This document shows positions 28,922 through 38,758 of a stretch of DNA of 64,000 bases, piece after piece. The DNA is from an uncultured Dehalococcoidia bacterium. GTDB taxonomy: Bacteria > Chloroflexota > Dehalococcoidia > Lucifugimonadales > UBA3495. The translations under genes and the position numbers were made by a program. A model generated the notes under the pieces. It had not been told where the DNA came from, did not search any database, and was given only the letters and a program-made list of their open reading frames with translations. Numbering within the stretch: the stretch's first letter is position 1; every line of letters starts with the position of its first letter. Location of the stretch: assembly GCA_951812625.1 (NCBI GenBank), contig CATOSP010000002.1, positions 1,558,788-1,622,787 on the forward strand. The letters run 5' to 3'.

Positions 28922-30391
28922 TTAACCCAGGTCAATTGTGTCGGTCTGGGACATGAACGACCGCACAGCTTCCTGAGCCCGGCTGTAGTCGTAGGTGGCG
29001 AAACGCCTCTGCCGTAGCTGCACAACGTCCCCGTTGAAGAACCGCTCGTACAGCGTCTGCCGGGAGCCATACTCCGAACCCACCAAGTCCCAAGCCAGCC
29101 GGAATAGCCTTATCCTGTCGGGCGCCCCCATATTTGCCGCTTGGTAATACTTGGCTATCTCTACGGATAGAGGCCCGCTTATGTCCTTCTCCGTGGGAGT
29201 CAACATCAATCCAGAAGCGGAAAGCTGCTGCACAATCCAGATGACCCGGTCATGGGCGTCCGGGTACCAATGGCGCAGGGCTGTCCAGGGTTCGGCCGCG
29301 GGCCAGATGCCCTCCCCGTCTTGGTAGGGGGCAGCGTCAGCCTCGGCCGCCCGCATGTATGCACGCACTGTCTCGACGGTGTCGATTATCTCAGAGATTT
29401 TCTCCTGCACGTGGCTGAACCCGGTGATGCCAATGCCTTCGGCGATGCCGTGGGTGATACCCAGCACGAACTCCAGCTTGGCGATGTTCTTGACCGCCAC
29501 CTGCTGCATGTATTGACGCCACATCACCACGCGGCGCAGCGCGTCGTTGGCCAACTCAATGTCGTCGAAAGCGAATACCCGGTCCCAGGGTATGAGCACA
29601 TCATCGAACACTGCCAAGGCGTCCATCTCGTCGTACCGACCCGACAGAGGATAGTCGTATAATGACTCGCCCCGGTCGTGGGACTGGCGGCAGATGAACT
29701 TCATTCCGGGAGTGCTCACGGGGATGGAAAAGGAGATGCAATACTTCCGGTCTTCCTCAACATCTGGCCGCAGCGGCCGCACAACCGGCGCGAAAATCTC
29801 GTCCGAGAACGGAGCAAGGGTTGCCAAGAGCTTGGCCCCGCGCACGATTACCCGGTCGCTGTTGGTGTCCACCACACCGAGGGCCACATAAGGATCGGGA
29901 AGTTCTGCGATGGGCACCGCCCGGTTGACCTGCGGATGACCAAAGGTATGAGTCAAGCACAAGTCATGCTCCCGCACATGCTCATGGTACGCCAGCAGCC
30001 GCTCTTGGAACACCGAATCGTTGCGCCCGTACACCCAGGACATCTGACGCATCGCCGTAAGCTGGATGTTCACGTAGTCCGGCGTCCGTCCCAGCATCCC
30101 GAAACACGCCTCGGCCGTCACCTCCAGGGCTTTCCGGCGGCGGATGAGTTCCTCGTAAGTCTCAGGCACCAGGAAGGAGAGAGATACAGGCTTCCCGCTT
30201 GTCGGTGAAGTGAAGGTCATCCTGTCATGGAACTCCGGTGAGCACTGAAGGTCGTACAGCCCCGCCAGCGTGTGGGCCATCCGCTTGAGTTTCGGGTGAG
30301 TCGTTACGTCTGCGACGCGCTCGCCCTCCAGCCAAATCTCCCGTCCGTCTTGCAGCCCGTCCAGGAATTGCTTCCCGTTTCGCACTCCCAT
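28922..30391 (-). CDS. HpaB-family flavin-dependent monooxygenase, oxygenase component (4-hydroxyphenylacetate 3-hydroxylase family)
   Basis: 489 aa. N-terminus GKQFLDGLQDGREIWLEGERVADVTTHP is typical of HpaB/AbfD-fold proteins. No AbfD-type Fe-S Cys pattern is evident. Confidence 0.8.
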   Translation of the reverse strand: MGVRNGKQFLDGLQDGREIWLEGERVADVTTHPKLKRMAHTLAGLYDLQCSPEFHDRMTFTSPTSGKPVSLSFLVPETYEELIRRRKALEVTAEACFGMLGRTPDYVNIQLTAMRQMSWVYGRNDSVFQERLLAYHEHVREHDLCLTHTFGHPQVNRAVPIAELPDPYVALGVVDTNSDRVIVRGAKLLATLAPFSDEIFAPVVRPLRPDVEEDRKYCISFSIPVSTPGMKFICRQSHDRGESLYDYPLSGRYDEMDALAVFDDVLIPWDRVFAFDDIELANDALRRVVMWRQYMQQVAVKNIAKLEFVLGITHGIAEGIGITGFSHVQEKISEIIDTVETVRAYMRAAEADAAPYQDGEGIWPAAEPWTALRHWYPDAHDRVIWIVQQLSASGLMLTPTEKDISGPLSVEIAKYYQAANMGAPDRIRLFRLAWDLVGSEYGSRQTLYERFFNGDVVQLRQRRFATYDYSRAQEAVRSFMSQTDTIDLG

Positions 30392-30393
30392 CC

Positions 30394-31443
30394 CTATCGC
30401 ACCTTGTCCGGGGCGCAGGCGCGCATCACGGCCAGGATGGACTCGATGCCGGGGCGGGCCGCCACAACCCGCACGATAGCCGTGTCTAGCCCCTGCGACA
30501 GCTTGGCAAAAGCCTCGGCGGCCCGGTCTGCTTTGCCATAGTAACCAACCGTACTCAGCAGCTCGGGAGAAAAGGCGTCCGCCACCTCGTCACGGGAGGA
30601 CCCCTTGGTCCGCATCTCGTCCAACATAGCCAGTTCCTGGGTGAAGCCCATGCGCTCGAAGTGGGCCCGGTAGCCCAGTCCCCGCTCCCTTGTCGTTGGG
30701 ACCTGCTGGCCCAGGGCATAGCCCATCGTGGCACGGGCATATGCCAGGCGCGCAGTGTCCACGTCATCATCCACACAGATGCGGATGTACTCGACTATCT
30801 TCACTTCGGACGGGTCCCGCCCTACCCGGGCCGCGCCTTCGGCAACACGCTCCCGGCTCCACGCAATCTGCTCCGGGTTGCACCAGTTTAGGCACGCCCC
30901 GTCTGCAAGCTCCCCGGCTAACCGGAGCATCTCCGGCCCTAGTGCCCCCAGGTAAACGGGGGTCTGTGGCGGTGGGTCGATGTCAAGCTTGATACCTCGC
31001 AGCGTCACCACATCTCCCTGGTAGTTGGCTTCCTCTCCGGCAACCAGGCCTTTGACGGTTATCAAATAGTCCCGCATCATGGCCATCGCCGACAGACGGG
31101 GCAACCCCATAGACTGGCGCGACCTAGGACGATACGCCCCGCCAGAGCCAATCCCCATGCAGAACCGTCCACCGGTCAACTGGCTCAAGGTACCCCCGCT
31201 CATGGCAAAGGCGACAGGCGAGCGGTACATCACTGGCGAAACCGCAATGCCTGTGGCGATCCCCTCCGGCACCACCTCCCGGCTCGCCACCCAACGCTGG
31301 GCGCAGACTTGGAACATATCCTGCCCGCTGCCCTCGTTGGTCCAGATGCTGGTGTACCCAAGCCGGGCCGCCTCCTGGGAAAGCTTTACTTGTTCCTCCG
31401 GGGACAGCCGCAGCCCGCCATCAAGTCCTACTCCGATTTCCAT
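30394..31443 (-). CDS. LLM-class (luciferase-like) F420/flavin-dependent oxidoreductase
   Basis: MEIGVGLDGG...AARLGYTSIWTNEG, GIGSGG and LGALGPEMLRLAGELADG. Confidence 0.8.
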   Translation of the reverse strand: MEIGVGLDGGLRLSPEEQVKLSQEAARLGYTSIWTNEGSGQDMFQVCAQRWVASREVVPEGIATGIAVSPVMYRSPVAFAMSGGTLSQLTGGRFCMGIGSGGAYRPRSRQSMGLPRLSAMAMMRDYLITVKGLVAGEEANYQGDVVTLRGIKLDIDPPPQTPVYLGALGPEMLRLAGELADGACLNWCNPEQIAWSRERVAEGAARVGRDPSEVKIVEYIRICVDDDVDTARLAYARATMGYALGQQVPTTRERGLGYRAHFERMGFTQELAMLDEMRTKGSSRDEVADAFSPELLSTVGYYGKADRAAEAFAKLSQGLDTAIVRVVAARPGIESILAVMRACAPDKVR

Positions 31444-31686
31444 TCTTCACCCCTCCATGATTGGGAAGAAATTGCCCTAATTCACACCGGTGCAGTGTAT
31501 CACTCATCGCTACGAGTGAGGATTCGGAAATCCCCTGTCTTCATACTCCGGTGACCGCCATACGTTGCGCTAACAACGACGGCTGTTGCACGAGTGTCCG
31601 GTAACCGTTAATCTATCCGACGTTATGCCTGCCGCTGTGCGGATTCCGGGCACCGACATTTGAACTCTCTCGCAGGAGGTCGACCA

Positions 31687-32025
31687 ATGGGTATTTTCCG
31701 CCTCTACACCGGAGACGACGGCCAGTCCCACATCGAAGAGCTGGGTCTGCAATCCCATCCAAATCTGGCGACGATGGAAGGTTCCACCGGCGTAACCTTT
31801 AGGGAATCCCCTGCTGGCTCCTTCTCAGACTGGCATAACGCGCCCCGCCGCCAATACGTTATCACCCTGTCTGGAGAGATAGAAATTGGCCTTGGCGATG
31901 GCTCGGTCCACCGCTTCGGCCCTGGCACCGCCCTTCTGGCCGAAGACCTGACCGGTCAGGGTCATACCACGCGAAATCCGGGGACCACTCCCAGGCTGGG
32001 AGCCACTGTACGCCTCTCCGACTAG
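31687..32025 (+). CDS. Small cupin-like protein
   Basis: ATG 31687 follows GGAGG. 112 aa with a WHNAPRRQYVITLSGEIEIGLGDGSVHRFGPG beta-barrel-like segment. The assignment is tentative. Confidence 0.45.
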   Translation: MGIFRLYTGDDGQSHIEELGLQSHPNLATMEGSTGVTFRESPAGSFSDWHNAPRRQYVITLSGEIEIGLGDGSVHRFGPGTALLAEDLTGQGHTTRNPGTTPRLGATVRLSD

Positions 32026-32062
32026 GACTCCCATAGGAAATGGCGAGAGGCTTGGCACCGAG

Positions 32063-32749
32063 TCACCACCCCAACAGAACCATCTTGGCTCGCTGGAACA
32101 CTGACTCGAACATCATGGGCGTAAGCCTGCCGGTTTGGGTGTTCTGTTGGCTGGGATGATAGGAAGCGATGAGGGTCAACCCAGAAGATAGCCGACGAGT
32201 CTCGCAGTGGGCGAAATGCGGACGGGGAGAAGGCACCTCTAGTGCCATGCTGGAGCGCGCGGAGAGATAGGCATCGAAGGCGATCTTGCCCAGCGCGACG
32301 ACAGCCCGCACATTGGTCAACAGTTCCAGTTCCCGGATGAGGTAAGGCTGGCATTCCAGCCGTTCTTCCCGCGAGGGTTTGTTGGCTGGCGGGGCACACC
32401 GCAGGGCTGCGGTGATGTATGCGTCCCGCAACTCCATCCCATCGTTGCGGTGTTGGGACTCGGGGGAACTGGCGAACCCGAACTTGTGCAGGGTGGCAAA
32501 TACCCAGTCGCCGCTTCGGTCCCCAGTGAACATCCTGCCTGTGCGGTTGCCACCATGGGCCGCTGGGGCCAACCCGACGATCAGCAGGCGGGCGTTGGGG
32601 TCACCGAATGACGGCAAAGGACGCCCCCAGTATTCCCAGTCAGCGTACATGGGACGCCGCTTCTCGGCGACTGCCTCACGGTGGGCCACCAGACGGGGGC
32701 AGCGAGTACAATCTACGATAGTCTCTTGTAACGTCTTGATCTCGATCAT
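32063..32749 (-). CDS. Uracil-DNA glycosylase, family 4/5 (UdgB-like, Fe-S type)
   Basis: CTRCPRL and the GLAPAAHGGNRTGRMFTGD motif (GLAPA rather than GEAPG points to family 5). Met at 32749 is the likely start. Confidence 0.8.
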   Translation of the reverse strand: MIEIKTLQETIVDCTRCPRLVAHREAVAEKRRPMYADWEYWGRPLPSFGDPNARLLIVGLAPAAHGGNRTGRMFTGDRSGDWVFATLHKFGFASSPESQHRNDGMELRDAYITAALRCAPPANKPSREERLECQPYLIRELELLTNVRAVVALGKIAFDAYLSARSSMALEVPSPRPHFAHCETRRLSSGLTLIASYHPSQQNTQTGRLTPMMFESVFQRAKMVLLGW

Positions 32750-32874
32750 TCCGCCGAACCATCCCCAAGTCAGGCACCGAGACCACCCAGCCACCGTGCC
32801 GACCCGAATATACACGGGGCATTGCAGGGCTGCAACAACCTAATAACACCATCCATGTCCATTAGGAGACCACC

Positions 32875-33642
32875 ATGTCCACCGGCGTAACCCTTGAAGA
32901 ACAGCACGCCATCGCCACTCTGAGCATCAACGGGCGCACTCACCTGAATCTGCTCGGCCTAGCAGTCTTCCGGGACTTGACCGAACAGGTTAGTCGTTGC
33001 TGCCAGCGCGAACAGACCCACGTTGTGATCCTGAGAGGCGCAGGTGACCGAGCCTTCTCAGCCGGCGTAGACCTGCACGAGATGAAGGACCTTGCCCCCT
33101 TGGAGGCGGAGCACTTTATCCGCAGTCTCCACTCCGCCGCGCGCGGGCTGCTCACGGCATCCCTCCCTGTTGTGGCGTCAATCCACGGGGCATGTTTAGG
33201 CGGTGCACTGGAACTGGCCTTGGCCTGCGACATTCGCATCGCAGCCGAAGATTCCATCTTTGGCCTCCCGGAGGTGCGAGTGGGCCTGCCATCGGTGATA
33301 GAGGCGTCCTTGCTCCCTCACACCGTTGGCCTTGGCCGGGCGAGAGCCTTGATTCTGACAGGGGAGACCATCGGAGCGGAGGAAGCCCTCCGTATCGGGC
33401 TTGTTGATCGCGTAGTGCCTAGAAATGAGTTAGAAGATACAGCATCTGAAGCCGCACAGGCCTTCCGGTCCATGAGCCGATACGTCCTGTCGACTCAGAA
33501 AGAAGTGGTTGCCAAGTGGCTGGAAATGGGAGACGAAGAAGCTGCGGAATACAGCATCAAGGCATTCGCCCTCTGTTTCGCCACTCCCGACCCCAACGAG
33601 GCCATGAACGCTTTCCTGGAAAAGCGTCCCCCTCGGTTTTGA
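32875..33642 (+). CDS. Enoyl-CoA hydratase/isomerase (crotonase) family protein
   Basis: RAFSAGVDLHEM, IHGACLGGALELALACDIR and FGLPEVRVGLP. Confidence 0.85.
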   Translation: MSTGVTLEEQHAIATLSINGRTHLNLLGLAVFRDLTEQVSRCCQREQTHVVILRGAGDRAFSAGVDLHEMKDLAPLEAEHFIRSLHSAARGLLTASLPVVASIHGACLGGALELALACDIRIAAEDSIFGLPEVRVGLPSVIEASLLPHTVGLGRARALILTGETIGAEEALRIGLVDRVVPRNELEDTASEAAQAFRSMSRYVLSTQKEVVAKWLEMGDEEAAEYSIKAFALCFATPDPNEAMNAFLEKRPPRF

Positions 33643-33741
33643 GTGGCGTTTTCCAGTGGCAAGTATCCTGTAATTTGTCCCGGTCGGAACTGCAAGTTCA
33701 GTATTGGCATAGCTGCCAAATCATCAGGACAGGAGGGACCC

Positions 33742-34389
33742 ATGTCTGAGTCGGACCCCCTAGTTGAAATCATTCGCACCACCCGCGCCATGCGCAGGCT
33801 CAAGCCCGATCCGGTGCCAGATGAGCTCGTCCAGAAAATCTTGGAAGCCGGAGTCTGCGCCGCCAGTGGCGGGAATAGCCAGCGTTGGCGGTTCATAGTG
33901 ATCAAGGACCGGTCAATTAAGGAAAAAGTCCAGAAGTGGTATCAGAAGGCTTTCGACGAGGTGGTCGGCCCACGCTACCGCAACGCCGAGCCGCCCCCCG
34001 GCTCAAGCCCCGGCCGCTACCGCCGCCAACACGACGCCGTCCAATATCTCACCGAACATTACCATGAAGCCCCGGTCTGGATCGTCGCATGCCAGGACGA
34101 CGGCGATGCGACACCCTCCCGTTCCTCCGGCGCGTCCATTTACCCCGCCGTCCAGAACATGTTGCTCATGGCCCGCGCCCTCGGGTTGGGCGCGACCCTC
34201 ACCACCCGCCATCTACGGCACGAGAGGGAAGTTGAGGAGATTATGGGGCTGCCTCCCGGAGTTCATTCCTACGCTATCCTCCCCATTGGATATCCGATGG
34301 GGAATTTTGGCCCGGTACGTCGTGGCCACCTGTCTGACGTGGCGTTCCAGGACCGTTGGGGGGAGCCGTTCCCAGCCCCGGTCGGATAG
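33742..34389 (+). CDS. Nitroreductase family protein
   Basis: ATG 33742 follows AGGAGGG. Motifs: TTRAMRRLKPDPVPDELVQKILEAGVCAASGGNSQRWRF, and SIYPAVQNMLLMARALGLG. Confidence 0.8.
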   Translation: MSESDPLVEIIRTTRAMRRLKPDPVPDELVQKILEAGVCAASGGNSQRWRFIVIKDRSIKEKVQKWYQKAFDEVVGPRYRNAEPPPGSSPGRYRRQHDAVQYLTEHYHEAPVWIVACQDDGDATPSRSSGASIYPAVQNMLLMARALGLGATLTTRHLRHEREVEEIMGLPPGVHSYAILPIGYPMGNFGPVRRGHLSDVAFQDRWGEPFPAPVG

Positions 34390-34924
34390 CCACGCCGGTG
34401 GCTCTCACATTGCTGGCTGGGGTTCCGGTACACCGTGCTCTGAACACTGACACTTGCCTCATTCCAAGCCCGGAGTCGTCAGACTATCATGTCTTTTCGG
34501 GAAAGAGTCGGGGTAACGGCTACTGAGGGTGAATGTGTCCATCACGCGCAACCAGAGCAATACCCTGCAATGGCCAAAATGTGCGGATGGGACCGAAAAA
34601 GCAAAAATATCCTCTGCCCCAGCGCGATTCAGCGGGATTCCCATCCTTGACCGGATGAGCTTGCCCCACCAATATCAGTGGCAGAAGCAGTCGCCCTAAG
34701 GCAACAGAACTCACCAATCATATGCGGAACGCTTCAAGAACGCTTTTGTTTGTTGAAAACCCACAGTCGCTGTGCTAACTTTAGTCACTGAATGGCGGAT
34801 TTCGTCCCTCGCGTATCCGATCACGCAAAGCACCAAATGGACATCACAGGGACATCTGCCGTTCTCGCTTTCGCGGGAATCTATGTATTTCCGGTGTGAC
34901 TAAGGACTGGCTATCGGAGGCGCG

Positions 34925-36727
34925 TTGGCTGGGTTTCGATTCTCCCCGGCTACCAACCGAGCCCACGAAATAGCGTGGCGGCCTTGGGGACGTGAGGCAT
35001 TTGCCCAGGCCCAGGCGGAAGGAAAGCCCGTACTGCTTTCCATCTCCGCCGTCTGGTGCTACTGGTGCCATACCATGGACGAAACGTCCTACTCCGACCC
35101 CGACGTGCAGCGGGTACTGGCCGAAGACTTCATTGCCATCCGTGCCGACAATGACCACCGCCCTGATTTGAATACCCGGTACAACGTCGGCGGTTGGCCG
35201 ACCACTGCGTTTCTGACCGGCCACGGTGGCCTAATCGGAGGTGCAACTTACCTGCCTCCCGACCAGTTCCTGTCCATGCTTGCAGAGTTGCGCGAGGCGT
35301 ACCGGGAGGACAGACCCCAGCTTTACGACCAGGCCAGGGACCGTTTCCGCCAGTACAGGGACCGGATAGCGCGCATCTCCGCCGGTCCGGAAGTAGAGCA
35401 ATGGATAGTAGACCGGGTGAGCCGCCGCATCGCCGGGGCCTATGACGCAATCAACGGTGGCTTTGGTCTCGAGCCCAAGTTCCCCAACGCTCCAATGCTC
35501 CAGTTCGCGGCCCATCTCTACCGCACCACCGGCGAGAACTTTTACGGCGAGATGCTCAGGAAGACTCTGGGCGCCATGTTCCAGGGCCCGCTGTTTGATA
35601 CTGTAGATGGCGGGTTCTTCCGCAACGCTGGCTGCGAGGACTGGTCCGACCCGCAGATGGAAAAGCTGTTGGAGGATAACGTAGCTCTCGTCCGCGTCTA
35701 CTTGGATGCGGCCATTCTATTGGACCATGAACCCTTCCGCCAGGTGGCGTCCCGGACCATCGACTATCTACTTGCCCATCTGTACGACGGTTTGGCCAAT
35801 GGGTTCCGTGGCAGCCAGGGTGCCCACTCCGACTACTTCGCCTTGCCTCCGTCCGCACGGCAGTCGGCATCGCCTCCACCCGTGGACTCATCCTGCTATG
35901 TCAACGGCAACGCAGCGGCGGTCAGCATGTTGTTGGAAGCTGCTTGGAAGTTGCAACGCCCCGCGCTGCTGGACACCGCGTTGGGAACACTGGACATGCT
36001 CATTGCTGCGGTCGCCGGCGATGGGCTGGCCCACACTTACGGAGACAAATCACCGGAGTCAGGCGCGGCCTTCCTGAGCGACTGGACGCACTTGCTGACC
36101 GCGCTGGTGGATGCCCACTCATACACCGGGCGCCCCACATACTTGGAACATGCCAAGTCTGTGGCAGTGGAGCTCATCGACCGTTTCTTCGACGAAAACC
36201 ATGGGGGCTTCTTCGATATCGAGGCTGACCCTGACGCAATTGGCCACCTGCGGGTACGGGACAAACCCTTGCCAGAAAACGCGGCCGCCGCCGTTGGTTT
36301 GCTCAAGCTGCATCAAGCCACCGGAGACAGCGACTTCCACCAGATCGCCGGAACCGCCCTGAGCGCCTTCGAAGAGTCCTTCCATGAATACGGCGAACAC
36401 TCCGCTCCATACGGCTTGGCCGTGGACATGCTGAACAACCATCCAGTGGAGGTTGTCATAGAGGGGCTGATCGAACATCCTGACGCGCTGGCATTGCTTT
36501 CCTCTGCGGCCCGGCTCCCTTGTCCCAATCTAGTCATCAAGCCGAGTTCCGAGAATACCGGTGACTACCCGGCTGTCGCCCATGTATGCCTGGAGACTCT
36601 CTGCCTGCCCCCGGTCAGCGACCCGGACTCTCTGGCCCCGGCGGTGTTGGACATGATCTCCGGGCATAGAGGTCCATTCTCGGCAAGCCCGTTCGAAGAC
36701 ATCTTCGACCGATTGCCCGGAACGTAG
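34925..36727 (+). CDS. Thioredoxin-domain protein, DUF255/YyaL (SSP411-like) family
   Basis: The N-terminus (KPVLLSISAVWCYWCHTMDETSY) is followed by an alpha/alpha-toroid-like region. Non-ATG start. Coordinates are taken from the ORF track. Confidence 0.8.
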   Translation: MAGFRFSPATNRAHEIAWRPWGREAFAQAQAEGKPVLLSISAVWCYWCHTMDETSYSDPDVQRVLAEDFIAIRADNDHRPDLNTRYNVGGWPTTAFLTGHGGLIGGATYLPPDQFLSMLAELREAYREDRPQLYDQARDRFRQYRDRIARISAGPEVEQWIVDRVSRRIAGAYDAINGGFGLEPKFPNAPMLQFAAHLYRTTGENFYGEMLRKTLGAMFQGPLFDTVDGGFFRNAGCEDWSDPQMEKLLEDNVALVRVYLDAAILLDHEPFRQVASRTIDYLLAHLYDGLANGFRGSQGAHSDYFALPPSARQSASPPPVDSSCYVNGNAAAVSMLLEAAWKLQRPALLDTALGTLDMLIAAVAGDGLAHTYGDKSPESGAAFLSDWTHLLTALVDAHSYTGRPTYLEHAKSVAVELIDRFFDENHGGFFDIEADPDAIGHLRVRDKPLPENAAAAVGLLKLHQATGDSDFHQIAGTALSAFEESFHEYGEHSAPYGLAVDMLNNHPVEVVIEGLIEHPDALALLSSAARLPCPNLVIKPSSENTGDYPAVAHVCLETLCLPPVSDPDSLAPAVLDMISGHRGPFSASPFEDIFDRLPGT

Positions 36728-36833
36728 AGGCCAGCATCCCTTCCTGGATGTCAGAAGCGATCCATGGATCACTGGTAGAACGCCTCACTGAATGACCACC
36801 GGTGAGTAACCACCCAATTTCTGGAGGTAGCGC

Positions 36834-38624
36834 GTGCTCAAGAGCGCGAATTGTGGAGACCTTAGAGCAGGAGACGTAGACATCCAACACACCCTTGCCG
36901 GTTGGGTGGGCAGACGGCGCGATCACGGGGGAATAATCTTCGTGGACCTCCGTGACCGCTCTGGCGTCGTACAAGTGGTCTTCAACCCCGACGTTTCCCC
37001 TCTGGCTTACGAGATTGCGGAGCAGTTGCGTCCGGAATGGGTTGTGCAGGTTAGGGGCACCGTACAACGCCGCCCAGCAGGCAGCGAGAACCCGCTGATG
37101 GACACAGGAGACGTTGAGGTGGCCGCCGAGTCTGTGGAAGTCCTTAATCCCTCGCAGACTACACCCTTCTACATCACCGACGATGTCGAGGTGGATGAGA
37201 GCCTGCGGCTACGGTACCGCTACCTTGACCTGCGCCGCCCCGTGATGCAGCGCAACCTCATCATCCGCCACCAAGTGGTCAAGTACATTCGGGACTTCCT
37301 GGACGCCCGTGGATTCCTGGAAATCGAGACGCCGATACTCATTAAGAGCACCCCAGAGGGCGCGCGTGATTTCCTGGTGCCCAGCCGGATGCAGCCGGGA
37401 AACTTCTACGCCCTACCACAGTCGCCCCAGCAACTGAAGCAACTCCTCATGGTTTCCGGCATTGAAAAATACTTCCAGATCGCCCGCTGCTTCCGTGACG
37501 AGGACCTGCGCGCCGACCGCCAGTTGGAGCACACCCAGCTAGACCTCGAGATGAGCTTCGTCCAAGAAGAGGATATCCTCGCCCTGACCGAGGAGCTGTT
37601 CAGCACCATGGTCGAGACGGTCGTACCGGAGAAGAAGTTGGTGAAGCCCTTCCCAAGGCTCGCGTTCAAGGACGTGATGGACAGGTACGGGTCAGACAAG
37701 CCCGACCTGCGCTTCGGGCTGGAGATGTCCGACGTATCCGACCTAGCCTCTGAGACCGACTTCCGAGTCTTCCACTCCATACTAGGCCAGGGCGGTATCG
37801 TCAAGGGCTTCGCCGTGCCAGGCCAGGCCGGAATGACTACCTCTCAGGTTCGCGATTTGGAGCAGGTAGCCCGCGATGCCGGGGCTGCCGGCCTCAGCCA
37901 CATCCGCTTCAGGGGGGAAGACTCTCTGGAAGACATGACTGAAGAAAGCGTCCTTAGTTCGGCGGGACTCAGAATGCCCGTAGGGTGGAGCCGCCGCCTT
38001 GCTGAGCGGGTGGGGGCAGGTCCCGGGGATATGGTCCTGCTGATGGCCGGACCTGCACGCCAGGTCAACCAGTGGCTTAACGTGATGCGTCTTCATATGG
38101 GAGACAAGCTGGGACTCGCCGACCCCGACACACTGATATTCGCCTTTGTGACCCAATTCCCTCTGTTCGAATGGGACGAAGAGGCCGAGCGATGGGAGTC
38201 CTCCCACCATCCCTTCACCGCTCCCGCTCCAGGCGAGGAAAACATGCTCGACGGTGATGACCTAGGAAACATCAACGCCCGCCACTACGACCTGGTCTGC
38301 AATGGGTCGGAGTTGGCCAGCGGCAGCATCCGCATCCACCGGAGGGAGTTGCAGGAAAAGGTGTTCGAGGTTCTCGGCTACACCAGGGAGCAGGTCAATG
38401 ATCTGTTCGGCCACATTCTGCAGGCCTTTGAATACGGCGCGCCTCCCCACGGCGGCATCGCCCCCGGGATAGACCGCATTGTGGCCATACTCACTGACTC
38501 GGTATCCATCCGCGACGTCATTGCCTTCCCGAAGACCCAAACCGGTACTGACCTCCTCTTCGGCGCCCCATCCCAAGTCGACCCGGGACAACTCCGGGAG
38601 CTATCCCTCGACGTAACCCAGTAG
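36834..38624 (+). CDS. aspS: Aspartate--tRNA ligase (bacterial type)
   Basis: OB anticodon domain, class II motifs (FRDEDLRADRQ, GGIAPGIDR) and the bacterial insertion domain. 596 aa. GTG start follows GGAGG. Confidence 0.95.
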   Translation: MLKSANCGDLRAGDVDIQHTLAGWVGRRRDHGGIIFVDLRDRSGVVQVVFNPDVSPLAYEIAEQLRPEWVVQVRGTVQRRPAGSENPLMDTGDVEVAAESVEVLNPSQTTPFYITDDVEVDESLRLRYRYLDLRRPVMQRNLIIRHQVVKYIRDFLDARGFLEIETPILIKSTPEGARDFLVPSRMQPGNFYALPQSPQQLKQLLMVSGIEKYFQIARCFRDEDLRADRQLEHTQLDLEMSFVQEEDILALTEELFSTMVETVVPEKKLVKPFPRLAFKDVMDRYGSDKPDLRFGLEMSDVSDLASETDFRVFHSILGQGGIVKGFAVPGQAGMTTSQVRDLEQVARDAGAAGLSHIRFRGEDSLEDMTEESVLSSAGLRMPVGWSRRLAERVGAGPGDMVLLMAGPARQVNQWLNVMRLHMGDKLGLADPDTLIFAFVTQFPLFEWDEEAERWESSHHPFTAPAPGEENMLDGDDLGNINARHYDLVCNGSELASGSIRIHRRELQEKVFEVLGYTREQVNDLFGHILQAFEYGAPPHGGIAPGIDRIVAILTDSVSIRDVIAFPKTQTGTDLLFGAPSQVDPGQLRELSLDVTQ

Positions 38625-38671
38625 GACACCGTGTATCGCCGTCCAAGGCCGACCGCCAACCACAAAATAAC

Positions 38672-38698
38672 GAGGCCCGGGAGGAATTCCCGGGCCTC
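38672..38698. terminator. Strong GC-rich stem-loop between convergent aspS and fbp genes
   Basis: GAGGCCCGGGA-gga-ATTCCCGGGCCTC: an 11-12 bp near-perfect palindrome. A second hairpin, CCGCCG/CGGCGG, sits at 38716..38733. Confidence 0.55.
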
Positions 38699-38758
38699 CT
38701 GGAGTTCTTGAGACCCCGCCGCCGGAACGGCGGACAGGTAGCCACTTGTAGCCAGCGA

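Noticed and set aside
34508-34580. GGGGTAACGGCTACTGAGGGTGAA, resembling the start of a TPP riboswitch (CUGAGA)
   Set aside because: The pyrimidine-sensor helix and the ACCUGAUCUGGAUAAUGCCAGCG-type block are absent. The downstream gene is not thiamine-related.
36759-36770. Perfect 12-bp palindrome GATCCATGGATC upstream of aspS
   Set aside because: About 15 such palindromes are expected by chance in 64 kb. The ~105-nt leader is too short for a T-box, and no T-box or specifier features are present.
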